DNA from: a virus
IMG/VR virus record: IMGVR_UViG_3300013099_000017
Location: 1 to 64,000 of that record
DNA length: 64,000 bases
Reading direction: 5' to 3' (one strand)
The notes under the pieces are model-generated. The model ran no database searches, was not told where the DNA came from, and saw nothing but the letters and a program-made list of their open reading frames with translations. Position 1 is the stretch's first letter. Every line of letters starts with the position of its first letter. Made by a program: the position numbers and the translations under genes. Positions 9,727-20,362 of the stretch are shown here, in pieces.

Positions 9727-11286
9727 GTGGCTTCAATTATTAAAGATAAAGCAAGAGTATTTAATGCGAACCAATTCTTGAATTTATTTTCAACTGGTTC
9801 AAATCAAACTTGGCAATCGGGTGCGATTTATTCAACGAATGATATTGTTATTAATAATTATCGTGAATATGTTGCTACAACTTCCGGTACTGCTGGAGCT
9901 ACTCCACCAACACACACAACGGGTGCTTTATCTGATGGTGGTGTTATTTGGCAACATGTTAAACCTGCCTTAGTTACAAATTATTACAATAATAATTTAT
10001 ATATGGTTCTTGGTAAAACTGATGCATGGGATGATGAACAAAATCCACCACAAGCAATGAATTATACAAAAGAAGATTATAATAATTTAAATGATGCATT
10101 GTTCTTTAAGAAACTGAGTTCTGCTAATGCTACTATGGGTATTAAAAGAAATCAATGGACAAGTGGTATAATTTACGATGCTTTCAGAACTGATTTAGAA
10201 TTAGATACAATTGAATACTATGTTACCAATAATTCAAATAGAATTTATATTTGTCTTGATAACAATGATGGAATACCATCAACATCTGAACCAACTGATA
10301 TTAATACAACATTTGATTCATTTAAAACTGGTGATGGTTATACTTGGAAGTTTGTTGGTGAAGTATCGGATGCTAATTTCATATCAACTGATTATATTCC
10401 TGTTATTAAGGTATTATCGGATAATGGTTCAAAACAATGGGAAATTCAACAAAATTCTAAATCACAAGCATTATTATATGTTAATGTGTTGGATGGTGGA
10501 GCCATATTTGTTGATGGTGTTCCATCCGTGGATGTTGATGGAACTGCAATAGGTATCGCTACTCTAACTGGTGGATTTTTAACTGAAATTACATTAACCG
10601 ATATTGGTTCTAATTATGATATAGCACCATATGTTGCTATTATACCATTAGGTGCTACTGATCTTGGCATACATCAACCAACAATGACAACCGATGTAAC
10701 TTTAGGTGAAGTAACAGGATTTACTATTTTAAATGGTGGTCAATATAATACAGCCAATGTAATTACTGCTACAATTAATTCAGGAACAGGTACAGGTTGT
10801 ACAATTGAACCAGAATTTACAGGATTTACATTAACCGGATTTACAATAACAAGTGTCGATGGTGGTTCAAATTATTCAGATACAGATACAATCACAATTG
10901 ATGATGGTGATGGAAATGTGGAAGCACATGATTTAGTTGTTAATTCACATCTTGGTACTGTTTTAGGATTAGGTTCAAATATACTCGAAGATTGTAATGC
11001 TAAATATATTATAATAAACGACAATATAATTGATGATGAATCAGGTTATATTGATACCGATGTTGATTTTAGACAAGTATCATTAGTTGTCGATCCAAAT
11101 GATATGGGTACAGATCTTGCAACTGCATTAAGATATTATGGTCCGGCAAGTTCAGGATATGCTGGTGCTAGTCTAAACCAAAAAATAAATCCAGTTTCAG
11201 GTAGTTTGATATACATTGATAACATTGAAGCAATTCAAAGAACATCAAACCAACAAGAAAACATAAAAATAATTTTGAAATTTTAA
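9727..11286 (+). CDS. 8: Baseplate wedge subunit, gp8-like, with an inserted CBM-like module
   Basis: MASII....RVFNA..F, LGKTDAW.DE..PP, R.QWTSG.IYD, YYV.N...IYICLDN, GDGYTWKF; C-terminal IYIDN..AI.R...Q.ENIKIILKF. Confidence 0.8.
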   Translation: MASIIKDKARVFNANQFLNLFSTGSNQTWQSGAIYSTNDIVINNYREYVATTSGTAGATPPTHTTGALSDGGVIWQHVKPALVTNYYNNNLYMVLGKTDAWDDEQNPPQAMNYTKEDYNNLNDALFFKKLSSANATMGIKRNQWTSGIIYDAFRTDLELDTIEYYVTNNSNRIYICLDNNDGIPSTSEPTDINTTFDSFKTGDGYTWKFVGEVSDANFISTDYIPVIKVLSDNGSKQWEIQQNSKSQALLYVNVLDGGAIFVDGVPSVDVDGTAIGIATLTGGFLTEITLTDIGSNYDIAPYVAIIPLGATDLGIHQPTMTTDVTLGEVTGFTILNGGQYNTANVITATINSGTGTGCTIEPEFTGFTLTGFTITSVDGGSNYSDTDTITIDDGDGNVEAHDLVVNSHLGTVLGLGSNILEDCNAKYIIINDNIIDDESGYIDTDVDFRQVSLVVDPNDMGTDLATALRYYGPASSGYAGASLNQKINPVSGSLIYIDNIEAIQRTSNQQENIKIILKF

Positions 11287-11296
11287 GAGAAGATAA

Positions 11297-14200
11297 ATGC
11301 CAAAGAAAACGTTTAATACAGATCCTTATTTTGATGATTTTGATGAAAGTAAGAATTTTCATCAAATATTATATAAACCAAGATTTCCTATTCAAACAAG
11401 GGAAATGAATCAGCAACAATCTATTATAAAAAATCAGATTGAAAGATTTGGTGATCATATATTTAAGCATGGTTCTATCGTGGAAGATACTATTCCAAAA
11501 TATATCAATGATATGAATTATGTTAGATTGAAAGATTTGGATACAAATAACGAAGCTGTTAAAACTGAATTAATATTGGGTAAAAAATTAATTGGTAAAA
11601 CTACTGGAATTACTGCCAAATGTCAATTAGCAACCGATATTACAGAAAATGATCCACCAACAATTTTCATTAATTATTTAACCAGTTCACTAGATGGATT
11701 ACATAAAGTATTTGAAAATGGTGAAGAATTGATTGTGTATGATGATCAGAATAATCCAGTTTATTCATGTTATGTAAGATGTCCAACATGTATTGGTTCT
11801 GTTGAACCTGCTACTGAAACTATTTATCCTACTGGAAAATCTGCAATATTTACTATTACACAAGGTATTTATTATGTGTTTGGTAGTTTTGTTTATACTC
11901 CAACTCAAACAATCATTTTAAAGAAGTATGATATTGATCCGAGCGTTACGGTTGGATTAAATATTATTCAAACTATTGTTACTGAACATGATGATCAAAG
12001 TTTATTAGATAATGCTTTAGGATATCCAAATTATACAAGTCCTGGTGCTGATCGTTATAAAATTCAATTAAGTTTAGAAAAAATACCAAATGATTCACCA
12101 GAACAAGATAATTGGATAAATATTGCAGTTATTGAATTTGGTATATTAAAAGAAATCAAAGATAAACCTGAATATGCTGACATTATGGATATGATGGCCA
12201 GACGTACATATGATGAATCTGGTGATTATACAGTAAAACCATTTTTAGTTAATTTCAAAAATTTATTAAAATCATCAAAAGATTCAACTGATGGTATTTA
12301 TTGGGCTGATGAAACTACACCACCTGAAACATTAGAAGATTATAAAAATAGATTTATTGCTACAATGAGTGATGGTAAAGCATATGTTAAAGGATATGAA
12401 ATTGAAAGATTATCCAATTCAAATATATCTATTGAACGTGCAAGGGATGAAGGTGTTATTGAAGATACAGCTATCCGTTATGTTCAAGGAAATTACATTT
12501 ATGTTGCGTTAAATCCTCAATCAAATACATATCCTTTATATGATACTGCTACTGAAAAATATGCGGTGGATTTTGAAAATGTTTCATTCTATGATGATTA
12601 TAATGTATGGGAAAATGGAGTGCCTGCATCAAGTTCTATTGGTGTGGCAAAAGTTAAATCACAATTAAATACTGGTAAAACCATAAAAGATTTTAGTGGT
12701 GCTGTTGATGTTCCTGTATTCAAATTATATTTATTTGAAATGAATATTACTTCACCAAGCACATTTAATGATGTTAAATCTGTATACAAATCTGGTATTA
12801 ATACATTTGCATGTAAAGTTTTAACTGATGATGAATGGACAGAAATTGATGCTGGTGCTGGAAATGGTTCAGGTTTAGAAGAACCTAAAATTTATGATCC
12901 TGATTCTAATATGATGTTAAGTAAATTAGCAGAACCTTGGACAAGTGGAATTAATAATGTTACAATGACAACCAGAAAGAAATTTACTGGTCAATCTAAT
13001 GCTGGTGGTGAATTTACCTTTTCTACTGGTACAAATGAATTATTTGAATCATTTAATCCTAATAAATGGGTATTCTCTGAAAAAGATGGTACAGGTAATT
13101 ACATATATGTACCCGTGGATTCAGGTCAAGTTTCAATAACATCAAATGCAACAAACCAAGATTGTGTTGTAACAGGCTTTGGAACAAATCAACAATGTTG
13201 TGTTATTGTGGATATTATATCAAATAATGTCCCTTCAAAAACTAAAAACTTAATTTCAACAAGTCTTAATATTGAATTAACTTCTGCTAATTTTAAAGAA
13301 TGGCATTTATTAAATCAAGTTGATGGTAGACGTATATTGTCAGTAACAAATATTACTGATCTTGATTCTGCTAATTGGTTTGATGTAACTTCTGATTTCA
13401 TATTCAATGATGGTGCAAAAGATAATACATATGATTTATGTAAAATACAAAGAACATTAAATTCAGAACCTACTTATGGTGGTGATAGTAAAGCAATCTA
13501 TGAGGTTGTTTTTGAATATTTTGAACATTTAAATACTAACAATGGATATATGTTTACAGCTTCATCATATCAGTCAATGATTGATGATGATAATCAAGAT
13601 TTCGATTATGAAGATATTCCTTTATATGTTTCTCAAAATGGCGAGGACTATGAATTAAGACGTTGTTTAGATTTCCGTGTTGATGAAGCTGATGATGGTC
13701 AAGGGGGTCAATTTGTTGAAACTGGCTATATACCTTCACACGATTCAAACATAATTCATGATATTACATTTTATTTACCAAGAATTGATAAAATTGTTAT
13801 TGATTCTATAAGTAAAAAATTTATTGCGGTTAAAGGAATACCATCTTTAAAACCTATTGAACCAAAAACACCAAAAGGTGCAATGGCTTTATATACAGTT
13901 AATATTGCTCCATATACACTTGATGTTAAAAGAGATGTGTATAAAAAGTATGTGAATAATCGTAGATTCACTATGAGAGATATTAGTAAGATTGAAAAAC
14001 GTGTTGATAATTTAGAATATTACACAACATTTACTATGCTTGAAAAAGATGCTGAATCAACATCCGTTAAAGATGCTAATGGTTTGGATAGATTTAAAAA
14101 TGGTTTAATCACAGATAATTTTGCTAATTTTACTGCTTCTGATACTAAACATCCAGAATTCAATGGTGCTATTGATATTAAAAATTATGAAATGCGTCCA

Positions 14201-17137
14201 ACTTTTTATACAAGAAAGATTCACTTATCTCTTAATGTCAATACATCTGAAAATTATCAAATAACTGGTAATATGATTACACAACCATATAGTAGTATTG
14301 TGTTTCAGAAACAATTATTATCAAGTAAAACATTATCTGTAAATCCATATTTCATTTTCAATTGGATAGGAACTCTTGAATTGATTCCATCTTATGATTC
14401 AGATAAACAAATTGATCGTAAACCTGATTTAGTTATTAATATTGATATTGGTATGGAAGGTGGTAATGATTTACCAGATGGTCAATTAAATGAAACATTA
14501 TTTGGAAATTGGGAACCAGTTGGTTTAAGAAATGTTGAAGATTCCGAAGTTGACGATCTTCTAACAGAAGGTTTAGACTTTGTTGGTAATGATAGTTTTT
14601 CAAGAGCATCCGTTGGTACACGCAGAGTAGTTGATGGTAGATTTGTACAAGCGGTTAATGTTGTTAAAGATGTTACTGATAGAAAATCATTGGGTGATAG
14701 AATTACTGATGTAAATATAATTCCATTTGTAAGAAAACAAGATATTCAATTTGTTGCTCAATCAATGCGTCCAAATACAGTTATATATCCATTTTTTGAT
14801 GATATAGATGTTTCTCAATATTGTAGACCATTAAACGGTTCAAATGGTGATGAATTAAAAACTACTGGTAATGGTGAATTTATTGGTGTATTTAGTGTAC
14901 CAAATACTGCTGATGTTAATTTCCATACTGGTGATAGAATATTTAAATTAACAGATGATTATATTAATTCTGATGATCCTGATACCACTACAACAACAGC
15001 AACAAGTAAATTTTGGTCTGGTGGATTAAAAACAGAAGTTCAAGAAACTATTTTAGATGTAGTTCATGAAGAAACTTTGGTGGTTGATGTTGTTGGTCCG
15101 GCTGTTCCACCACCACCTGCTCCACCATCACCACCAAGACTTGTATGCCCTTTAGGTTGGAGGACAGTACGGATGGCTGGTTTTCAACAATGTTTAGCAC
15201 CAAACCCACCTAGTGATCCAATTGCTCAATCATTTACAATTGAATTAGGTGATTCTACTGGTTGCTTCTTAACTGAAATTGATGTATATTTTTCATCTAA
15301 ATCTGATGAAGAACATGTTTGGGTAGAATTACGCCCAATGGTTAATGGATATCCTTCTGATAACAAAATATTACCATTTAGTCGTACTATTAAAGTGTCA
15401 AGTAGTGTTAATATTTCTGATGATGGTAGTTTACCTACACGTTTCACATTTGATTCACCTGTTTATGTTAGAAAAGACGAAGATTATTGTTTTGTTGTTG
15501 GTTCAAAAGATCAAGCATATCGTGTTCATGTTGCAAGATTAGGTGGTATGGGTAAAACTGGTGGTATGATTGCAACTCAACCATCAATGGGTTCATTGTT
15601 TAAGTCTCAAAATGGCAAAACATGGAACGCTGAACAAATGGAAGATATTAAATTCACTCTATATAAAGCAGATTTCAATCGTGATAACGATATGATTCTG
15701 AAATATATTGATAATGGATTTGCTGTTGATGATTTACCATATAATCCTATTGAAACAGAAATTAACTCAGATACTATTCGAGTTAAACATAGAAATCATG
15801 GATTTATTCCAGGCGATAAATTGTCTATGGATTTATTAACAAAAACACAATTTCAAATTGTTATTAAATCTGGTAATTTAATTGTCGGTCAAAAATTAAG
15901 TACAACTAGTACAGGTAGTTGTGTTGTCACATCATCAACATTTGTAGAAGATACGACAACTCCATCCGGTCATAGTGGTAAACGATATAATTGTACTGTT
16001 AAAGATATCATAGGTTATATTACTGCTGGTGAAGGAAATCTAGTTACCGCTAATCAATATATTGAAGAAGTTAAACAACCGTGGGTATTAGATAAATTAG
16101 ATATTGATCAAGTTCAGCTTACAAATTGGCAAAATGGATTATCTTCCTGTGTTGGTTATTTTGAAGAATCTATTAATGCTGATGTAAATGGTATACCATT
16201 AGATGCATTAACAAATCCTGTTCAACCCTTAATGGTATTGGATGTTGATTCATTAGATAGTTATACAATTGAAGTTGCTGGATATCCTGCTACTATTACT
16301 GGATTTACTGGTGGTGATGGGGGACAAGTTCAAGGACATGTTCAAGTTGATATGTTCAATCTTGGTATTGATTTCAAAAAGAATGATGCTACATTGAGAG
16401 GTGAATTAATAGGTACTACTCATGGTAGCACAAATTCAGTATTTGATAACTATAATCCTTCTCCATTAGTAGATTTTACAGATAACTCAAATCAAAATTT
16501 ATCACAACCAATAAAGGTTTCAAATCCACATAATAATGGTATTACTGGTGATAAATCTATGGATATTTCATTAATAGCAACTGCAATTAGTGGGGATGTT
16601 AATGTATCACCTGTATGTATGATTCCATCAATATCATTTACATCAATAACAAATCGTGTTGATTGGAATGATCAGGCACATTATGAGGTTGCTCCAAATC
16701 ATGATGCATTATGGGATTCAAATCCACAACCTGATAAAGCAAGATGGGTCGATGAAACAGATCCGGTAGATGGTAAAGAAACTGCTAAGTATATTCTTAA
16801 AAAAGTATCATTGTCAAATCCTGCTACTATGATAAAAATATATGCAGATATATTTAAACCAAATAATTCGGCTGTTGATTTTTATTATAAAACATTACCA
16901 GTGGATAAATCAACGGGTCTTGAAGAAGAATCGTGGATTTATGTACCATTTGATGATGAATTTGTATCATCAACTGCTGATGAATTTATTGAAGCATCAA
17001 TTACAATCGGTGATGAAGATTTAGGTCAAGCCCCAATTCCAGATTTTAAAGAATTTAGAATTAAAATGGTATTGAAAACTAAAAATACTGCTACACCACC
17101 GAGAGTTAAGAAATTCAGAGCAATTGCACTAACATAA
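11297..17137 (+). CDS. Large virion structural protein, DUF4815/VrlC-like
   Basis: FNTDPYFDDFDE.KNFH.IL.KP..PIQ.RE..Q.QSI...QIERFGDHIF..GS start; APGADR-like SPGADRYKI, RRTYDESGDY, RRFTMRDI..IE.RV..LEYYT, DPIAQSF motifs. Confidence 0.85.
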   Translation: MPKKTFNTDPYFDDFDESKNFHQILYKPRFPIQTREMNQQQSIIKNQIERFGDHIFKHGSIVEDTIPKYINDMNYVRLKDLDTNNEAVKTELILGKKLIGKTTGITAKCQLATDITENDPPTIFINYLTSSLDGLHKVFENGEELIVYDDQNNPVYSCYVRCPTCIGSVEPATETIYPTGKSAIFTITQGIYYVFGSFVYTPTQTIILKKYDIDPSVTVGLNIIQTIVTEHDDQSLLDNALGYPNYTSPGADRYKIQLSLEKIPNDSPEQDNWINIAVIEFGILKEIKDKPEYADIMDMMARRTYDESGDYTVKPFLVNFKNLLKSSKDSTDGIYWADETTPPETLEDYKNRFIATMSDGKAYVKGYEIERLSNSNISIERARDEGVIEDTAIRYVQGNYIYVALNPQSNTYPLYDTATEKYAVDFENVSFYDDYNVWENGVPASSSIGVAKVKSQLNTGKTIKDFSGAVDVPVFKLYLFEMNITSPSTFNDVKSVYKSGINTFACKVLTDDEWTEIDAGAGNGSGLEEPKIYDPDSNMMLSKLAEPWTSGINNVTMTTRKKFTGQSNAGGEFTFSTGTNELFESFNPNKWVFSEKDGTGNYIYVPVDSGQVSITSNATNQDCVVTGFGTNQQCCVIVDIISNNVPSKTKNLISTSLNIELTSANFKEWHLLNQVDGRRILSVTNITDLDSANWFDVTSDFIFNDGAKDNTYDLCKIQRTLNSEPTYGGDSKAIYEVVFEYFEHLNTNNGYMFTASSYQSMIDDDNQDFDYEDIPLYVSQNGEDYELRRCLDFRVDEADDGQGGQFVETGYIPSHDSNIIHDITFYLPRIDKIVIDSISKKFIAVKGIPSLKPIEPKTPKGAMALYTVNIAPYTLDVKRDVYKKYVNNRRFTMRDISKIEKRVDNLEYYTTFTMLEKDAESTSVKDANGLDRFKNGLITDNFANFTASDTKHPEFNGAIDIKNYEMRPTFYTRKIHLSLNVNTSENYQITGNMITQPYSSIVFQKQLLSSKTLSVNPYFIFNWIGTLELIPSYDSDKQIDRKPDLVINIDIGMEGGNDLPDGQLNETLFGNWEPVGLRNVEDSEVDDLLTEGLDFVGNDSFSRASVGTRRVVDGRFVQAVNVVKDVTDRKSLGDRITDVNIIPFVRKQDIQFVAQSMRPNTVIYPFFDDIDVSQYCRPLNGSNGDELKTTGNGEFIGVFSVPNTADVNFHTGDRIFKLTDDYINSDDPDTTTTTATSKFWSGGLKTEVQETILDVVHEETLVVDVVGPAVPPPPAPPSPPRLVCPLGWRTVRMAGFQQCLAPNPPSDPIAQSFTIELGDSTGCFLTEIDVYFSSKSDEEHVWVELRPMVNGYPSDNKILPFSRTIKVSSSVNISDDGSLPTRFTFDSPVYVRKDEDYCFVVGSKDQAYRVHVARLGGMGKTGGMIATQPSMGSLFKSQNGKTWNAEQMEDIKFTLYKADFNRDNDMILKYIDNGFAVDDLPYNPIETEINSDTIRVKHRNHGFIPGDKLSMDLLTKTQFQIVIKSGNLIVGQKLSTTSTGSCVVTSSTFVEDTTTPSGHSGKRYNCTVKDIIGYITAGEGNLVTANQYIEEVKQPWVLDKLDIDQVQLTNWQNGLSSCVGYFEESINADVNGIPLDALTNPVQPLMVLDVDSLDSYTIEVAGYPATITGFTGGDGGQVQGHVQVDMFNLGIDFKKNDATLRGELIGTTHGSTNSVFDNYNPSPLVDFTDNSNQNLSQPIKVSNPHNNGITGDKSMDISLIATAISGDVNVSPVCMIPSISFTSITNRVDWNDQAHYEVAPNHDALWDSNPQPDKARWVDETDPVDGKETAKYILKKVSLSNPATMIKIYADIFKPNNSAVDFYYKTLPVDKSTGLEEESWIYVPFDDEFVSSTADEFIEASITIGDEDLGQAPIPDFKEFRIKMVLKTKNTATPPRVKKFRAIALT

Positions 17138-17140
17138 ATA
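17133..17140 (+). promoter_or_regulatory. Late promoter variant CATAAATA
   Basis: Between structural genes; similar variants GATAAATA 5509-5516 (+) and CATAAATA 21507-21514 (-) precede structural genes. Confidence 0.55.
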
Positions 17141-17154
17141 AGAATGAGGTAAAA

Positions 17155-17379
17155 ATGAGTCAATTAAAAATAGAAAATACTGATTATACCAAAGATGATA
17201 ATACCGGAATTATTGTTAATAATAATAAGTCCGAGTATTTAAACGCTAGGGCAAGACGTTCTAAACAAAAAAGAGATCAAGAAAAAATCAATAATCTTCA
17301 ATCAGAATTAACCGATGTTAAAAGCACTATGGCTGAATTAGTAAAATTAGTACAGGATTTGAATAATGGCAATAACTAA
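17155..17379 (+). CDS. Small coiled-coil protein typically following DUF4815 genes
   Basis: 74 aa, KD..TG.IVN.N..EY then heptad C-terminus; preceded by CATAAATA and GAGG RBS. Confidence 0.6.
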   Translation: MSQLKIENTDYTKDDNTGIIVNNNKSEYLNARARRSKQKRDQEKINNLQSELTDVKSTMAELVKLVQDLNNGNN

Positions 17380-18442
17380 AATAAATGACCAAACAAAATT
17401 TTTAGGTTGGAAAGAAATTATCAACTTAATTATTGATGCAATTGGTGATAATGGAAATTTAACAACTGATGAAAAAATTACATTGGTTGGTGCTATTAAT
17501 GAAGTTGATGGTAATACCGATGTAAACATTCTTGCTATTGCTGATATCATTAGTGATATTGGTGATATTAATAATCTTACAACAACTGTCACCAGTAATA
17601 TTGTACAAGCTCTTAATGGTTTACAAACTGAAACAACTGCTAATGCTGATGCAATTGGTATCAATCAAACTGCAATTGGTTCCAATTCAACAAACATTGG
17701 TACTATTGGTGATTTAGATACGGTTTCAACTGATTTGGTTGAAGCGATTAATGAAGTTAATGGTAAAATCGATCATACTGGATTAAATCCTTATTTTGAA
17801 AACTTTGATAATAGTAGATTTTCATTAGATACGGGTATCACAATTTCAGCATTTAATAAAGGTAATTTATTAAATTCATACAATTCATCAACTATTACTG
17901 TTGGTGATAAATTTATTAACGATAATTCGGATAATGGCGGTTCTGCTGGAAATATGGGTGGGGATGCTATTACATTATTAGCTAAATTGGTTGTTGAAGG
18001 TAGATCCGAAGTTAGATATGGTTATGAATTTTTTATTGGTCAAATTACTGCTGGTGGTGGTACTGCTGATGTAATCAATTTCAATGCTACTGATTATTAT
18101 CCACAAACAACATCAAATGATAAGTATCTTGGTTCTATTAATGAATATATTACATGGGCTGGATATGTTGAAAATACAGATGCAGTTAATGATATTTTAA
18201 TCGGTTCAACACATCCAAACTTAACAACTTATATTGATGGTGTTGAAGAAGCAAATCCATATGAATTATCAAATGCTACTGGTTGGATTCACGTTAGACA
18301 GAAATTGTTCTTAACTCAGGAATTTAAAACAATATTTCCTTTAATCTCAGCAACATCTGGAAATGCTTCTGTTATAAATATTGCCTTATCTTGTTTATAT
18401 CGTGCCGATGTTCTTGATACTCAATTAGGGGTAGTTCAATAA
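17366..18442 (+). CDS. Fibre/neck-whisker-like protein
   Basis: Repeats of IGD..NL.T....LV.AINEV (coiled coil) followed by a globular C-terminal domain. Confidence 0.6.
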   Translation: MAITKINDQTKFLGWKEIINLIIDAIGDNGNLTTDEKITLVGAINEVDGNTDVNILAIADIISDIGDINNLTTTVTSNIVQALNGLQTETTANADAIGINQTAIGSNSTNIGTIGDLDTVSTDLVEAINEVNGKIDHTGLNPYFENFDNSRFSLDTGITISAFNKGNLLNSYNSSTITVGDKFINDNSDNGGSAGNMGGDAITLLAKLVVEGRSEVRYGYEFFIGQITAGGGTADVINFNATDYYPQTTSNDKYLGSINEYITWAGYVENTDAVNDILIGSTHPNLTTYIDGVEEANPYELSNATGWIHVRQKLFLTQEFKTIFPLISATSGNASVINIALSCLYRADVLDTQLGVVQ

Positions 18443-18801
18443 TGGCCACAGTTATTAATTTTGTTGTGGATGCTGGATCGAAATTTGAAGGTATTGCGAG
18501 TATTGTCAATGAGGACGGATCATTATTTGATTTATCTGATTATGAACCATTTGCTCAAATGAGAAAAAGTTTTTTCAGTGATCGCAATGTTGTAGAAATT
18601 CAGGCAACTATTGAGGGTGATCCTATAAATGGTGAAATTTTGTTGGAACTTGACCCTGCTGTTACTGCTGATTTACCTACCTTAATTTCTAACAATTGGG
18701 TTTACGATATCGAAGCTCGAAATCCTTTGGATGTTACAGACGTAAAACGTGTTGCGGAAGGTGTAATAACCGTTAATCCGAACGCTACTAAAAGCCCATA
18801 A
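18442..18801 (+). CDS. Conserved T4-like virion beta-sandwich protein
   Basis: DL..Y...AQMRKS....G.I.L.L....TA.L....VYDIE....V.RV.EG.ITVNP pattern. Confidence 0.6.
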   Translation: MATVINFVVDAGSKFEGIASIVNEDGSLFDLSDYEPFAQMRKSFFSDRNVVEIQATIEGDPINGEILLELDPAVTADLPTLISNNWVYDIEARNPLDVTDVKRVAEGVITVNPNATKSP

Positions 18802-18907
18802 AATAATCATTAATAATCTGATTTTTTTGGTTCATATTTATATTAATGAATTGTTCGATTGTTAATTTTCTCATAATATATTCCCATAATAAAGTGTTTC
18901 TGCCTTT

Positions 18908-18915
18908 TATAAATA
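18908..18915 (+). promoter_or_regulatory. T4-type late promoter TATAAATA
   Basis: Exact gp55 consensus upstream of structural ORF 19005. Confidence 0.8.
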
Positions 18916-19004
18916 GATACAGGCATGATACCAAGTTTAGAAAAGTGGTATCCTATACCTATTTATAACCGGAGAAAACACTTGAAAAATGAGAAGTCTG
19001 TCTA

Positions 19005-19919
19005 ATGCCATTGCAACCTCAGCGCAAAACTGCTACAATCACAGATAATTTAAATCTTAAAACAACTATCAAGACCAAGCACAATATTGGTGAAGCTGGA
19101 ATGGTTTCAGATAATGTTGAAGCGAGGGTTATAGGAATCCCTGGGCCAAAAGGTCAAGATGCTGGTGGTGAAATTGGTGATGTCAATTATACAAACTTTA
19201 CACCTGTTCCAGAAGATATTGGTGGGATCACGGCTGGCGAAACTTTTGATGATGTTCCAGTACAAACAATGTGGGATAAATTATTATATCCATATCAATA
19301 TCCAACTTTCACAAATTTTTATATGGGATCACAATCAACTGTAATTGAAGTTGGTTCTGCTGTTATTGGTGGCATAAGAACGTTTAATTGGTCAACATCA
19401 AATGATACCAATATTAAAACAAATACAATTAGAATATTACAAGATTCATCCCCAATTTATACCAATGGTGAAAATGATGGAACTCAGGATGTAAATATTG
19501 GTTCAGATATTATTAAGACTTCACCACAAACTCAATCATGGTTAATTGAATCGACAAATACAAAAGAAGAAATATTGACAAGAACATATTCTGTTAGGTG
19601 GCGTTGGTCAAATTACTTTGGAAATAATAATGAATTATCATTAGATGAAAGTGATGTTTTGGGATTATCCGATAGAAGTTTGGTAACATCATATTCCGGA
19701 ATATACAATTTTGTTGCTGGTGGTGGATATAAGTATATTTGTTATCCGGTATCATTTGGATTATATAATAAAGCTGTTGATGTTGATACCGGATTTGGAA
19801 TGGCTATGGAACCTGCTGAAATTTTAAACATTACTAATGGGGATGGTATAAGTGCAGATTATTATATTCACAGAACTACCAATTTTATTAATGGTGCTAT
19901 AAGGATACAATTATCATGA
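19005..19919 (+). CDS. Putative tail/virion protein
   Basis: 304-aa ORF downstream of TATAAATA; short GIPGPKGQD collagen-like patch; coupled to the next gene. Confidence 0.5.
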   Translation: MPLQPQRKTATITDNLNLKTTIKTKHNIGEAGMVSDNVEARVIGIPGPKGQDAGGEIGDVNYTNFTPVPEDIGGITAGETFDDVPVQTMWDKLLYPYQYPTFTNFYMGSQSTVIEVGSAVIGGIRTFNWSTSNDTNIKTNTIRILQDSSPIYTNGENDGTQDVNIGSDIIKTSPQTQSWLIESTNTKEEILTRTYSVRWRWSNYFGNNNELSLDESDVLGLSDRSLVTSYSGIYNFVAGGGYKYICYPVSFGLYNKAVDVDTGFGMAMEPAEILNITNGDGISADYYIHRTTNFINGAIRIQLS

Positions 19920-20362
19920 GTAAAATCCCAGGAACAGTTACATTATCGGGTATTATTGCTCCATCTGATGATCAGGATACTTATGCGGTTACGGAAGATA
20001 CCTATAATAAGGGTGGTCATAGAACAGTTGAAACAATTGCTGAACGAAACTTAATACCTTCTCTTAGACGAAAAGAGGGGATGTTGGTGTTTGTCCGTGG
20101 TGATGGTATCACATATCAGTTAATTAATGACCTATGGGAAATTTTCGCAGGTTCTAGTGGTGCTGGTGATAAACATGAAGTCTATACTCAGGGTGTGGCA
20201 AGTGCTATTTGGAACATCAATCACAATATGGGGAAATTTCCTTCTATTGATGTAATTGATACGGGTGGAACAAATGTGGAAGGTGATATATTGTATGTTG
20301 ATGCTGATAATATTATATTAACATTCTCAGCACCATTTACAGGTACAGCATATATGAACTAA
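19916..20362 (+). CDS. Putative tail-fibre-associated protein
   Basis: GG.RTV.TIAER..IP..RRKEGMLVFV N-domain and W.INHNMGKFPS..V.D..G..VEGD..Y.D.....LTFSAPF.G.AY.N C-domain, both common in large-phage tail proteins. Confidence 0.6.
   Translation: MSKIPGTVTLSGIIAPSDDQDTYAVTEDTYNKGGHRTVETIAERNLIPSLRRKEGMLVFVRGDGITYQLINDLWEIFAGSSGAGDKHEVYTQGVASAIWNINHNMGKFPSIDVIDTGGTNVEGDILYVDADNIILTFSAPFTGTAYMN

Noticed and set aside
562-17748. Numerous 60-113 aa alternative-frame/antisense ORFs inside structural genes (for example 562-813, 8635-8889, 10211-10552, 17347-17664)
   Set aside because: These are shadow ORFs of AT-rich coding DNA, fully nested in longer genes with recognisable motifs.
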